A stretch of DNA of 64,000 bases. Origin: an uncultured Candidatus Saccharibacteria bacterium. Lineage in GTDB: Bacteria > Patescibacteriota > Minisyncoccia > Phycocordibacterales > UBA1550. The position numbers were made by a program, and so were the translations under genes. How positions within the stretch are numbered: the stretch's first letter is position 1; the number at the start of each line of letters is the position of its first letter. Below the pieces are notes generated by a model that had not been told where the DNA came from, searched no databases, and saw only the letters and a program-made list of their open reading frames with translations. Location: positions 8,013 to 72,012 of the forward strand of contig CAYWES010000003.1 in NCBI GenBank assembly GCA_964457625.1. The letters run 5' to 3'. This document shows positions 25,244 to 35,474 of the stretch, piece by piece.

Positions 25244-25267
25244 TAAGCCCCCTTGCGGGGGCTTATT
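25244..25267. terminator. Rho-independent terminator after rpsO
   Basis: ATAAGCCCCC-TTGC-GGGGGCTTAT. Confidence 0.7.
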
Positions 25268-25412
25268 GGTATTCACTTTTACATACTCAGGTATTCATCA
25301 AACTTTCTATAAAAGACATTGTGCCTTTGTGATTATCATAAAAGACAATAATTTCGTAGTTTTACATATTTAGTGTGTGCATAAAAGACACACATCGTTA
25401 ACATTTGACATT

Positions 25413-26018
25413 ATGGCTATTATAAAACAAAAGGACCAGCGTGTTGCGGTATTCATTGATACACAAAATCTTTACCACAGCGCGCGCAACCTTTATGGCA
25501 CAAAAGTAAACTTTGGCGCCATCTTAAAAGAATCTGTTGCAGGACGACACCTCGTACGCGCAATAGCATACGTGATCACCACAGAAACCGAAGAAGAGAA
25601 AAACTTTTTTGGCGCACTCAACGATCTCGGTATTGAAACAAAAACCAAAGATCTCCAAGTATTCTTTGGGGGAGCAAAAAAGGCAGACTGGGATGTCGGT
25701 CTTGCGGTAGACGCAATTCGTTTTGCAGGAAAAGTTGATGCGATTATTATTGCGTCAGGAGACGGTGACTTTGTACCCCTTGTAGAATATCTCAAGTTTA
25801 TGGGAACGCAGGTTGAGGTTATCACCTTTGGTCGTTCCGCGTCGGGAAGGCTTCGCGACGTGGCAGATGACTTTATTGATATGGGAGAAAATCCCCGCGC
25901 ATACCTTCTTGGATTTCGAGGAAACACTTCATCGCGACACAACACCGCGCGAAAGCGAAGTGCCAAAAAAAGCACAGCAACAAAGCAAGACGCTCCCTCA
26001 AAATCTGAAACAAAATAA
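25413..26018 (+). CDS. NYN-domain (LabA-like / DUF88) protein with a basic C-terminal tail
   Basis: VAVFIDTQNLYHS...AIAYV...ADWDVGLAVDAI...IIIASGDGDFVPLVEYLK, the NYN nuclease-like fold motifs. Confidence 0.7.
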   Translation: MAIIKQKDQRVAVFIDTQNLYHSARNLYGTKVNFGAILKESVAGRHLVRAIAYVITTETEEEKNFFGALNDLGIETKTKDLQVFFGGAKKADWDVGLAVDAIRFAGKVDAIIIASGDGDFVPLVEYLKFMGTQVEVITFGRSASGRLRDVADDFIDMGENPRAYLLGFRGNTSSRHNTARKRSAKKSTATKQDAPSKSETK

Positions 26019-26123
26019 CGTTGGGAGCGAAAAGAGAAAACGCGCAGAGGCAAAATCCTCTGCGCGTTTTCCACATGGGGGTTATTTTTCTTTTGTTTTA
26101 AACGCGTTATACTAAAGGTAATC

Positions 26124-27107
26124 ATGCCCCCATCACCTTCGCAAGAACCTTCAGCTGCTCAAAAATCTGAGCAACCCGCACTCCGCACCATGAAAGGTGA
26201 TGTTGAGCTTGCGATAACGCGCCAAAAAGAAACGCTTGTTTCTATCGCACTTGCGGAAAAACAAAAAAAAGAAGCAGCCCTTGAAGAAGCTCGAAAAAAA
26301 GCGGAACAGGAAGCACCCAAGGAGCCCGCACCAAAGCGCCGAGGGAGAATATTTCTTTTCCTTGTCGTACTTCTTCTCGCGGGGATAGGAGCTTTAGCGT
26401 ATTTTTTCTTCCCAAGGATTCCTTCAATTGAACTTCCCACCATCTCTTTTGGTGGTCAAAACCAAGGAGATTTCTCAGAACAACTTCCCCCCGAACAGGT
26501 TCCTCTCCCCATAATCCTCACGCCCGCGCTTACCCCCACGCAAGACGAGGTTACCTTTTCTCTCGCCACACTCACTGCTTCTGACATCTTTTCTCGTATT
26601 GCGGTAGAGCGGATGAGTGGAGATACCTCTTGGAAAATCAAAAATATCATTATCACCGACACGAGCACGGGAGCAGATGGGCTCGAACGAACGCTCCCTA
26701 TTTCTACCAATCGCCTCCTCTCCCTTGCCAACGCAAACGCTCCCGAGATTTTTGCACGCTCTCTTCAAAATCAATTTATGGCGGGTTTGTTGAACGAGCC
26801 TGATACGAGTATTTCCACGCCCTTTTTTATCTTTAAGGTTTCAGGATTCAGCACTACGCTTGCAGGCATGCTCCAGTGGGAACAACAACTTCCCATACTT
26901 TTTGACACTGTCTTTGGAACTCAGATTATGGAGGGAATACAGCCCAACACAAGGGTACACGACGTTCAGATTCTTGGTCGTGACGCCCGCGTATTTGAGA
27001 TTGCTCCCAACGTAGGCATTGCGTACGCGTTTGCCACAGACGATACGGTGATTGTTGCCGCATCACGTACTGCGATAGAGACTATTATTCCTCTTCTCAT
27101 CAATTAG
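26124..27107 (+). CDS. Hypothetical membrane-anchored protein. N-terminal Lys/Glu-rich segment, one TM helix, then a 230-aa extracytoplasmic domain.
   Basis: ORF plus hydropathy (IFLFLVVLLLAGIGALAYFFF). No known domain. Confidence 0.45.
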   Translation: MPPSPSQEPSAAQKSEQPALRTMKGDVELAITRQKETLVSIALAEKQKKEAALEEARKKAEQEAPKEPAPKRRGRIFLFLVVLLLAGIGALAYFFFPRIPSIELPTISFGGQNQGDFSEQLPPEQVPLPIILTPALTPTQDEVTFSLATLTASDIFSRIAVERMSGDTSWKIKNIIITDTSTGADGLERTLPISTNRLLSLANANAPEIFARSLQNQFMAGLLNEPDTSISTPFFIFKVSGFSTTLAGMLQWEQQLPILFDTVFGTQIMEGIQPNTRVHDVQILGRDARVFEIAPNVGIAYAFATDDTVIVAASRTAIETIIPLLIN

Positions 27108-27147
27108 ACTTGCGTTTGAGCATGAGAGGCGCTAGACTTAGGCTATT

Positions 27148-27507
27148 ATGACTGATACGAATCACTACAAAGAATTACTTCTCGCAGAAAAAGCGCGCCT
27201 TGAAAATGAACTTTCCGGTGTAGGACACAAAAACCCCGATGTCGCGACAGACTGGGAACCTTCTGCACCTGATTTAAACAACCCACCAGCGGATCCCAAT
27301 GACGTCGCTGACAGCATCACCGCCTTTGAGACCAATACCGCCATTGAAGTAGAACTCGAAAACCGCCTTGCTGAAGTAACTACCGCCCTTGAGCGCATTG
27401 AGCAGGGCACCTACGGTGTCTGCGAAATAAGCGGTGAGCCTATCGAGCCCGAGCGACTATCAGCAAACCCCGCAGCAAAGACCTGCATCGCTCATCGCGA
27501 AGAGTAG
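27148..27507 (+). CDS. DksA/TraR-family C-terminal zinc-finger-like protein (degenerate, 2 Cys)
   Basis: 119 aa with a coiled-coil N-terminus and the C-terminal GTYGVCEISGEPIEPERL....C motif, as in TraR/DksA. Confidence 0.55.
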   Translation: MTDTNHYKELLLAEKARLENELSGVGHKNPDVATDWEPSAPDLNNPPADPNDVADSITAFETNTAIEVELENRLAEVTTALERIEQGTYGVCEISGEPIEPERLSANPAAKTCIAHREE

Positions 27508-27548
27508 CCAATACTCATTGAGGTGTACAGAAATGCTGTACACCTCTT

Positions 27549-29093
27549 TTGTTTTCCATGCAATTTTCAAAACTTTTTTCTGTACAAATAGTCGGCCTCA
27601 CGCCACACATCGTCGATGTTGAGGCGGATATTTCTCGGGGGCTTCATTCGTTTTCTCTGGTGGGATTACCGGGAACGTCTATTGATGAATCAAGAGACCG
27701 CGTAGGCGCTGCGCTTAAAAACTCAGGTTTTATTTCTCCCAAACAGAAAAATCAAAAGATTGTCGTTTCTCTCGCACCTGCGGAACTCAAAAAAGAAGGA
27801 TCTCATTATGATCTTGTTATAGCGCTCGCATACCTCAAGGCGAGCGGAGATATTGATTTTGATCCTGCGCATAAAATCTTTATCGGGGAGCTTTCTCTTG
27901 ATGGAACGATTCGGAGCGTGCGAGGTATACTCCTTGCGGCACAAGCGGCAAAGGCGCAAGGATTTACCGAACTCTACGTACCTCTTGAGAATGCGCGAGA
28001 AGCCAGCCTCATTGAAGGCATCTCTGTATACGGCGTCTCATCGCTCACACAAATTATTGACCACCTTTCTTCCGAGTCTCCGGAAAAGAAGCTCGTGCCG
28101 ACCCTTTGGGAAGAGCGCGCAGAGGCTTCACGCAATCCCATCTCCCACGACCTTTCGCACATAAAGGGGCAAGCATTTGCAAAACGCGCGCTTGAAATAG
28201 CCGCAGCAGGGAAACACAACATCGCGCTCTGGGGACCGCCCGGCACGGGGAAGACCATGCTCGCGCAAGCATTTCCCTACCTCCTTCCTCCTCTTTCACA
28301 AGAAGAAGCCCTGGAAATAACCAGTATTCATTCTCTTTTTGAGCATCGCGAGGGAAGCCTCTTGAGCCATCCACCACTCCGAGCGCCTCACCACACCGCA
28401 TCATATCCGTCCGTCATTGGGGGAGGTACCATACCAAGGCCGGGGGAAATCACCTTGGCCCACCGTGGAGTTCTTTTTCTTGATGAGTTTCCTGAGTTTG
28501 ACCGACGCGTCATAGAGGCGCTTCGTGAGCCTCTGGAAGAAGGGCGTATCCGTATCGCGCGAAGTAATGCGCACGAGACATTTCCCGCACGCTTCATATT
28601 GCTTGCCGCAATGAACCCCTGTCCGTGTGGAAAATACGAGAGTGATGAGCAGTGTACGTGTATGCCTGGCACGCTTCAAAACTATCGCAAAAAACTTTCG
28701 GGACCTATTGTCGACAGAATTGATTTATGGGTCAAGGTTTCAAAAATTTCCCACGAAACACTTTCAGAAAAGAGCGCCGGAGAAAAAACCTCCTCCGTCC
28801 AAGAGCGTGTGGCGCTGGCACGTGAAATCCAAACACAGCGATTTGAAGGCCACCCTCGAAACATTTTAGGCAACAATGAAATGAGCGCCGACGATATTGA
28901 GAAATATATTCACCTTACTCCAAAGCTTTGGGAACTCTTTAATAGCTCCGCAAAACGTCTCAAACTTTCTCCGCGTGCATACCACAAAGTACTCAAAGTC
29001 GCCCGCACCATAGCGGATCTTGAGTCGTCCACCGACATTGCCGAACATCACATCTTGGAAGCGTTGGCATATCGCCCGCAGAAAACAATGTAG
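27549..29093 (+). CDS. comM: Mg-chelatase-like AAA+ ATPase ComM/YifB
   Basis: 514 aa with an N-terminal Lon-like ChlI_N domain, Walker A GPPGTGKTM, Walker B LFLDEF, and a C-terminal Mg_chelatase_C domain. Confidence 0.85.
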   Translation: MFSMQFSKLFSVQIVGLTPHIVDVEADISRGLHSFSLVGLPGTSIDESRDRVGAALKNSGFISPKQKNQKIVVSLAPAELKKEGSHYDLVIALAYLKASGDIDFDPAHKIFIGELSLDGTIRSVRGILLAAQAAKAQGFTELYVPLENAREASLIEGISVYGVSSLTQIIDHLSSESPEKKLVPTLWEERAEASRNPISHDLSHIKGQAFAKRALEIAAAGKHNIALWGPPGTGKTMLAQAFPYLLPPLSQEEALEITSIHSLFEHREGSLLSHPPLRAPHHTASYPSVIGGGTIPRPGEITLAHRGVLFLDEFPEFDRRVIEALREPLEEGRIRIARSNAHETFPARFILLAAMNPCPCGKYESDEQCTCMPGTLQNYRKKLSGPIVDRIDLWVKVSKISHETLSEKSAGEKTSSVQERVALAREIQTQRFEGHPRNILGNNEMSADDIEKYIHLTPKLWELFNSSAKRLKLSPRAYHKVLKVARTIADLESSTDIAEHHILEALAYRPQKTM

Positions 29094-29116
29094 GGAAACC
29101 TCTCAACAAAAACATA

Positions 29117-29151
29117 AAGCGCCCCGCTTGCTCGCAAGCGGGGCGCTTTAT
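29117..29151. terminator. Bidirectional terminator between comM(+) and the M23 peptidase(-)
   Basis: AAAGCGCCCCGCTTGC-TCG-CAAGCGGGGCGCTTTA. Confidence 0.75.
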
Positions 29152-29163
29152 AAAAACACTTTC

Positions 29164-30333
29164 TTAAAACGGATTCCTTGCTCCACGAATTTCAAAGTGG
29201 AGGTGAGGACCTGTGGAGTTTCCTGTTGATCCCACTTCACCGATCTTTTGCCCTTGGGCGACTACGGTGCCTTCACCCACAACCACCGTACTCATGTGTG
29301 CGTAGAGTGTTTGAGAACCATTTCCGTGCTCAATAACAACGTAGTTTCCGTATCCGCCGTTCCAAGGATTACCTCCGGGGACATACCTGCTCACAATCAC
29401 CCGACCGGCAGCTGATGCAATAATAGCTCTTCCTCTCGGTGCGCCAATATCAATAGCGTTGTATCCGTGCAAGGACTGTGTTTTGATACCTCCCGGAAGA
29501 GGGTGTGTATAGTATCCGGGGTACGAAGGATATGAGCTGGTGTTTACGAGAAGTCTTGATGTCGTGCTACTTGCTACAGATCGTGCGGGCGCAGGTTTTG
29601 TGACAATTTCTTGCGCTCCCGGAATAATAATAGTATCGCCGATAGAAAGTACTTCTACTGACGGAATGTCGTTGTGTTTCAAAATATCGTCAATAGAAAC
29701 GCCATATCTTTTGGCAATACCTCCCAACGTCTCATCTTTTTTAATCGTATAGTGAACTCCGTTTACGGGGAGGATAATGAGCGTCTGCCCCGGCTTGATG
29801 ATTGCACTCTGAGGAATATCGTTTGCCCAAAGAATCGTATTGACGCTCACCCCATACATCTTTGCGATACCGGGAAGAGTATCTCCCGCGCGTACTACAT
29901 AAATACTGATGCGCCCCTGACGATCCTGTGCTTCGATTTCAGCGATGTTTCCCAAAAGTCCCACTTCGGGTACGAGGACGCTGTCGTTCAAAACTACAAT
30001 ATCTCCTCCGCCTTTTGCAGGGTTGGGGTCAATATTGGTTGCCGCCATGAGAAGCCCCATATTTTGGGAACTTGAGAGGGTGCTTGGGAAGGAGGGAGTG
30101 GTGGTTTCAGGAGATTTGGTAAAGGTATTTTTAATATATGAAAGGACGTTTGCTTCTGCTACACGAGGGGTTCCGAGAGACCCTCCAAACAAAAAAATAG
30201 CAAACCCGAATAGCGCGAGTTTTGAAAAAGACACATATTTCGCCCGTTTCCCATTGTAACTAGAGGAATTGAGGTCCTGGAAGAGTTGTTGAATAAGTCT
30301 AAGCGTTAGGAATCTGTGCGGTCGTACGGTCAA
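29164..30333 (-). CDS. LysM-domain M23 family metallopeptidase
   Basis: N-terminal TM/signal, three LysM repeats (VRAGDTLPGIAKMYGVSVNTI, YTIKKDETLGGIAKRYGVSIDDI, ...), and a C-terminal M23 domain (HGYNAIDIGAPRG...HLHFEI). Confidence 0.85.
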   Translation of the reverse strand: MTVRPHRFLTLRLIQQLFQDLNSSSYNGKRAKYVSFSKLALFGFAIFLFGGSLGTPRVAEANVLSYIKNTFTKSPETTTPSFPSTLSSSQNMGLLMAATNIDPNPAKGGGDIVVLNDSVLVPEVGLLGNIAEIEAQDRQGRISIYVVRAGDTLPGIAKMYGVSVNTILWANDIPQSAIIKPGQTLIILPVNGVHYTIKKDETLGGIAKRYGVSIDDILKHNDIPSVEVLSIGDTIIIPGAQEIVTKPAPARSVASSTTSRLLVNTSSYPSYPGYYTHPLPGGIKTQSLHGYNAIDIGAPRGRAIIASAAGRVIVSRYVPGGNPWNGGYGNYVVIEHGNGSQTLYAHMSTVVVGEGTVVAQGQKIGEVGSTGNSTGPHLHFEIRGARNPF

Positions 30334-30488
30334 TAGCGGGATGTATCATCTGAAGCGGGAAAGCCTAGAAAAGCCAATCTTTTCCGGCGTCTTTTCACTA
30401 TAGCACAAAACGACTAAAAAATACAGTCTTTGGGGTATTTCTGTGGATAACGGAATATTCATACAAAATTAGACATAATTTTGTATGA

Positions 30489-33059
30489 ATGGTAAAATTA
30501 ATCATATTTTACCAGGGTGGCAATAATCTTTATCATATGGCATCACCAGAAAAGGCACAGTGGCAACAAGGAGAGCGCAATCACGGGGGAAACGGGAAAA
30601 AGGCAAACTCTCGAGCACTCGAAGAAGCCCTCAAGGAAGCATTTAGACCCGTCGTTATTGAAGAGCGTACGAATTTGAGTGTCTCTGTTGAGCCTAAAAC
30701 CATTCCTACTCCCGTATCTCACCTTGGACAAAACAGCGAGCGTGTCGCGCAAGAGCCCACCTCTCCCGAAGAACTCGCGCGCATTGCACAACTTTTCAAA
30801 AAAAATGACGGTGATGTGTCAAAATTTTCCGAAAAAGACAAGACGCTTTACTTTATGAACAAGGTAAAGGTTGGTCGCTTGATTTCACCGGAAACAACGA
30901 GTGCAAACAACATCACTGTTGAAAACATACAGCGAGGTGAGAGCAAGAGCTTTGCCGAGGCAGCGTCTGCAAGCAAAGAGCGTCGCCCTGATTTCACTAC
31001 CCAGCTGGATTTCTTTGCGGAGAAGGGAGAGGAGAAAGTACGTCCCGAAGAAACTAAAAATATTCCCGAAAAAAACCGCGTCGCCTTTTCAGAAGGCTTT
31101 GAAGATTCTGCTCGAGAACAAGTTGCGCAGATTAACGAAAAACTTGATGGGCTTCACAAAAAATCTTTTGAACGCGCGCAGAAGGCGGGAGGATTTGCGG
31201 AAAAAGCATTTAGAGCCCTTGGTGAAACATGGAAAGATGGCGCGCGCGCAAGATACAAAATCGCTCTCGGGGTGACATTGGTTGCAGCGGGAATGTTGGC
31301 AACGGGCGGTACTGTGACCGCGATCGCCGGTGGCGCCGTAGCATTACGCGTTGCCGGTGCTGCCGCGACCTACGTTACTCTTGATGGACTGATGCGCGTG
31401 TCCGGCGAGAAAAAACTCGGCGTTGAAGGCAATGAAAAATACCGCATGAGACAAAAGGGTCTTGCGCTGACCATGGCGGCCCTTGTGGGAAGTGGTTTTG
31501 TGGGAGAAACACTTCAGAATGCAGGAAACGGGATTGGAGATGTATGGAATCAATACGGTGCTACGGAAAAAATCTCCGATGCATACTCCGCACTCAAAGA
31601 CAAAAGTGGTTCTCTTGGGGGCTTGTGGGATAAATACGGACCTACGGGACCCGACACACCCTCCAGTGGTTCTATAGGGAATCCTCCCGAAACACCTCCC
31701 GGCTCCACAGACACTGCGGGAATGTCTGCGGAACACCTCGCGAAAGCAGGCGTCCTTGGCATAGAGCAAGAAAAGGGTGCGAAGGTTTTTGAAGTACAAA
31801 AAGGAGACACGGTCTGGAAACTTGTGGGCGACAATATTCCCAAAGAGTACCTTGATGGCGTCGCTCCTGATCAAAAAGTGTATGTTATTGACGCGCTTAA
31901 GGATAGGCTTGCGGCTATGTCTCCCGAGCAACTCCGCGCGATTGGTATTTCCAGTGGGAATATTGATAAGCTCGCCATCGGTGACAAGATAAACCTCTCT
32001 TCTGTCCTTGAAGACAAAACACTCCTTGAAAAAGTACAGGGAGAGGCAAAAGGTTTTGTGCCACAACCTCCTGCGTCCTTGGAATCCGTAAACGTCCCTT
32101 CTTCGCTCTCCGAGCTTCCTCCCGATGCAAAGGTTGTAGAGTCGGTACTCAAACCAACACCTGAGAAGATTTTAGAAAAAGGGGTCTTTGAAGCAAACGG
32201 CGTTCGCGGGAAATTTACATATTCTCCCTCTGGAGAGGTCACAGGCCTTTCCTATGAGGGAAACTCCTACGGAATCGGAACGCCCGAAAGGGTTCTCAAC
32301 CCAAACTGGAGGAAAGAGATGACACTAAACCCTAAGTTCAATCCTCTTAAAGACAAAAATTTTGCTTGGGACCAAGTAAATCTCAAAGCGCAGGGCATTC
32401 TTATGGAACTAAGAATCCTCAATGGTCTTGAGGACGCACAAAGTCCTGAGGCCCAGTACCTTAGGAACAGCATTCAGGGAACAGTTGAACGAATGGAGAA
32501 GCAATATGGGGACATCTTCAAAGATATCCAAGAAATACTTCCTCAGGCTCCACTTTCTGAGCTTCCACCTGACGCAGAAGTTGCGCCTTCCGTACTTGGC
32601 GAGGTGTATCGCGGACCGGAAGGCACCTTGCCTGCTCCCGCGGAGATTGTGCCTTCTGTCCTAGCCCAGGAAGCAAGCATGGCGACCGCAGAGACGCTGA
32701 GCGCAAGCGTAGAAGGATACCTCAAAGAAGACCTTGATGGACTCTTTGGCAAAAAAGGATTCTTGGGCATCGGCGCACAAACAGGACTAGAGTCTCCGCA
32801 CTGGAATGGTCCGGCAGGATTTGCAAGAGTACCCGCAGAGTACTTTGTGGGAACGGGAAGTGCCGAGTCTCTTGAAACACTCAAAGCAAGCACCACCGCA
32901 AACACGGGATATGGAAATGAAAAGGCGACACAAAAGATGACGGAGTACATCACAAACGTCCGCCAAGCAACAGGAATTCCTATACAAGCGGGTGAGGGGG
33001 TAGAGGATTATATACGACGCGCAATGACCGGCAACCCGGAAGGAGCCGCAAGGGTCTAG
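30489..33059 (+). CDS. Large hypothetical membrane protein (856 aa) with a LysM-like segment and tandem LSELPPDA(K/E)V repeats. The alternative start at 30537 is possible.
   Basis: ORF with a hydrophobic region (IALGVTLVAAGMLATGG...), a LysM-like FEVQKGDTVWKLVGDNIP...IGDKINL segment, and PLSELPPDAKVVESVL / PLSELPPDAEVAPSVL repeats. Confidence 0.5.
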   Translation: MVKLIIFYQGGNNLYHMASPEKAQWQQGERNHGGNGKKANSRALEEALKEAFRPVVIEERTNLSVSVEPKTIPTPVSHLGQNSERVAQEPTSPEELARIAQLFKKNDGDVSKFSEKDKTLYFMNKVKVGRLISPETTSANNITVENIQRGESKSFAEAASASKERRPDFTTQLDFFAEKGEEKVRPEETKNIPEKNRVAFSEGFEDSAREQVAQINEKLDGLHKKSFERAQKAGGFAEKAFRALGETWKDGARARYKIALGVTLVAAGMLATGGTVTAIAGGAVALRVAGAAATYVTLDGLMRVSGEKKLGVEGNEKYRMRQKGLALTMAALVGSGFVGETLQNAGNGIGDVWNQYGATEKISDAYSALKDKSGSLGGLWDKYGPTGPDTPSSGSIGNPPETPPGSTDTAGMSAEHLAKAGVLGIEQEKGAKVFEVQKGDTVWKLVGDNIPKEYLDGVAPDQKVYVIDALKDRLAAMSPEQLRAIGISSGNIDKLAIGDKINLSSVLEDKTLLEKVQGEAKGFVPQPPASLESVNVPSSLSELPPDAKVVESVLKPTPEKILEKGVFEANGVRGKFTYSPSGEVTGLSYEGNSYGIGTPERVLNPNWRKEMTLNPKFNPLKDKNFAWDQVNLKAQGILMELRILNGLEDAQSPEAQYLRNSIQGTVERMEKQYGDIFKDIQEILPQAPLSELPPDAEVAPSVLGEVYRGPEGTLPAPAEIVPSVLAQEASMATAETLSASVEGYLKEDLDGLFGKKGFLGIGAQTGLESPHWNGPAGFARVPAEYFVGTGSAESLETLKASTTANTGYGNEKATQKMTEYITNVRQATGIPIQAGEGVEDYIRRAMTGNPEGAARV

Positions 33060-33093
33060 AAAAAGAGACTTCTCAAAATAAATCACACATTTT

Positions 33094-33384
33094 ATGGATA
33101 ACGAACTTAAATCAACAATTATCAAAGAACTCGGCATTGGAAACCTTCCCGAAGACGCGCAGGATCAAATCTTGGGGAGCCTCGGTGAATTGATTCTCAA
33201 AAATTCAACGACGGCTATTTTTGAAGTCCTCACTCCTGAGCAACAAGAAATGTTTGATCATGTGAGCGAAGAGGGAGATCCCGAGAAAATCCAGCAATTT
33301 CTCGCTGAGCACGTGCCCAATATTCAGGAAATCACGAGCCGAGAGACGCGCGCGATTATAGAGCAGTTTAAGGCGAAGGAGTAG
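33094..33384 (+). CDS. Hypothetical small acidic protein
   Basis: 96 aa ORF followed by a terminator hairpin (33411-33447). Confidence 0.4.
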   Translation: MDNELKSTIIKELGIGNLPEDAQDQILGSLGELILKNSTTAIFEVLTPEQQEMFDHVSEEGDPEKIQQFLAEHVPNIQEITSRETRAIIEQFKAKE

Positions 33385-33410
33385 AGGGAAAGGCTTTTTT
33401 AAAAAAGAGG

Positions 33411-33447
33411 ATCAGATGCGCGCGCCCAAAGGGCGCGCGCATCTGAT
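33411..33447. terminator. Rho-independent terminator
   Basis: ATCAGATGCGCGCGCCC-AAAG-GGCGCGCGCATCTGAT. Confidence 0.75.
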
Positions 33448-33471
33448 TTATGCTACAGTAGAGACTACTCT

Positions 33472-35433
33472 ATGTCTCACTCACACCTCGCACACCTAAA
33501 CGAAGCGCAAAAAAAAGCCGCAACCCACAAAGACGGCCCTCTCCTTATTATCGCCGGCGCGGGCACAGGAAAAACAAACACGCTCACGCATCGTATCCTC
33601 CATTTAATCAAAGAAGGGGTTGATCCTTCGGAAATCCTTGCGATAACCTTTACCAACAAAGCTGCCAAGGAAATGAACGACCGTGTGTCTCGCCTTCTTG
33701 AAACCCACGGATTCAATGCGGGAATCCGCGCGGGTGACGCGCGACCTTTCATTGGGACATTTCACGCGCTGGGTGTGTACCTTCTCCGCGCACATGCCGA
33801 ACACTTCGGACTTACGAAACACTTTTCCATTCTTGATAAACGCGACGCGGTTGCCCTCATAAAGGAAGCACTCAAAGAAGAAGGACTTGATCCCAAACAA
33901 TACCCTCCGGAGAAAATCGCCCACACCATCTCACGACAAAAAGGGAACCTTATGACACTTGAAGTCTACCGCGAAGAAGTCGGTAATTCGTATTTCCCCA
34001 TGATTGTCGCTCGTGTGTGGGGAAAATATGAAGCACTCCTACGACGCGAAAAGGCGCTTGATTTTGATGACCTTCTTCTCAAAACGGTCCTTCTTCTCAG
34101 AGATAATGAAGACATTCGGACGCATTACCAAAACCGCTGGAAGTATGTCCACATTGATGAGTACCAAGACACCAATGCGGTCCAATACGAGCTCGCGCGC
34201 CTCCTTGCCGGCACGACAAAAAACATCTGTGCAGTGGGAGATGGCGATCAAACCATCTATACGTGGCGAGGAGCGGACGTGCGCAATATTTTAAACTTTG
34301 AAAAAGATTACGGGGGGGCGGAGGTAATCGTCCTTGAGGAAAACTATCGCTCGACAAAAACCATCCTCGCGGCAGCAAACAATATCATCAAGAAAAACAA
34401 CGCCCGCAGAGAAAAAAATCTCTACACGGAAAATGATTCCGGGGAGCTCATTGGTGTCATTGAAGGATACGATGAGGGAGGGGAAGCGCGCAAAATCGGG
34501 GACACTATTCGAGAGCTCATAAAGACGGGAGTTTCTCCGGAAGATATTGCGGTGCTCTATAGAGCGAACTTCCAATCACGCGCGCTTGAAGAAGCCTTTT
34601 TACTCAAAGAAATCCCGTATCAAGTTCTTGGTGTTCGGTTTTTTGAACGAAAAGAAGTGAAAGACATTCTCTGCTTTATTCGCGCAGCGCTCAATCCCGA
34701 CAGTCTTTCCGATATCAAGCGCATTATTGATGTGCCTCCTCGTGGCATCGGCAAAGCAACGCTCGCAAAAATGTTTGCTCATGATGAGGAGAGTCTCGCT
34801 CCCGCGGCAAAGAAGCGCGTTCTTGAGTTTAGGAATATTCTCGCAGAGATAAAAGATGTGGCGCTCACGAAAAAGACATCCGACCTCATCAAGTTTGTAT
34901 TGAAGCGCTCCGGCCTTGAAGACGTATTAAAATCCGGCACCGATGAAGACCTTGAGCGCCTTGAAAACATTCATGAATTGGTGACACTGGCAACAAAATA
35001 CGACTTTCTCCCTCCCGACGAAGCCGTGGAAAAACTTCTCGCCGATGCGGCGCTTGCGAGCGACCAAGACTCCCTCATAAAAAACGAGCAGGCGGTAAAG
35101 CTCATGACGGTGCACGCGGCAAAGGGGCTTGAGTTTGAATATGTGTTTGTGACGGGACTCGAGCAAGACTTGTTTCCTCACCGACGCATGCAAGCGGGAG
35201 AAAGCACTCCTGAAGAAAGCGAGGAGGAGCGCCGTCTCTGCTATGTGGCGATTACCCGTGCAAAGAAAAAACTTTTTCTTTCCTATGCATCCGTTCGTAT
35301 GATTTTTGGGCAACGCCAAGTCAACGCGCCTTCTGAGTTCTTGTCAGACATTGATGATGATTTGATGGAGCATGTTGGTGGCGACACCATGGGGGAGGAA
35401 GATGGGGAAGCGGTCATTCGTATTAGCTGGTAA
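33472..35433 (+). CDS. pcrA: ATP-dependent DNA helicase, UvrD/PcrA/Rep family
   Basis: 653 aa with helicase motif I AGAGTGKTNTLTHRI, motifs II-VI and a UvrD_C region. Confidence 0.85.
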   Translation: MSHSHLAHLNEAQKKAATHKDGPLLIIAGAGTGKTNTLTHRILHLIKEGVDPSEILAITFTNKAAKEMNDRVSRLLETHGFNAGIRAGDARPFIGTFHALGVYLLRAHAEHFGLTKHFSILDKRDAVALIKEALKEEGLDPKQYPPEKIAHTISRQKGNLMTLEVYREEVGNSYFPMIVARVWGKYEALLRREKALDFDDLLLKTVLLLRDNEDIRTHYQNRWKYVHIDEYQDTNAVQYELARLLAGTTKNICAVGDGDQTIYTWRGADVRNILNFEKDYGGAEVIVLEENYRSTKTILAAANNIIKKNNARREKNLYTENDSGELIGVIEGYDEGGEARKIGDTIRELIKTGVSPEDIAVLYRANFQSRALEEAFLLKEIPYQVLGVRFFERKEVKDILCFIRAALNPDSLSDIKRIIDVPPRGIGKATLAKMFAHDEESLAPAAKKRVLEFRNILAEIKDVALTKKTSDLIKFVLKRSGLEDVLKSGTDEDLERLENIHELVTLATKYDFLPPDEAVEKLLADAALASDQDSLIKNEQAVKLMTVHAAKGLEFEYVFVTGLEQDLFPHRRMQAGESTPEESEEERRLCYVAITRAKKKLFLSYASVRMIFGQRQVNAPSEFLSDIDDDLMEHVGGDTMGEEDGEAVIRISW

Positions 35434-35474
35434 GACCCTTTCAAGAACATTGTTTGTGGTATACTTAAAAGGTA

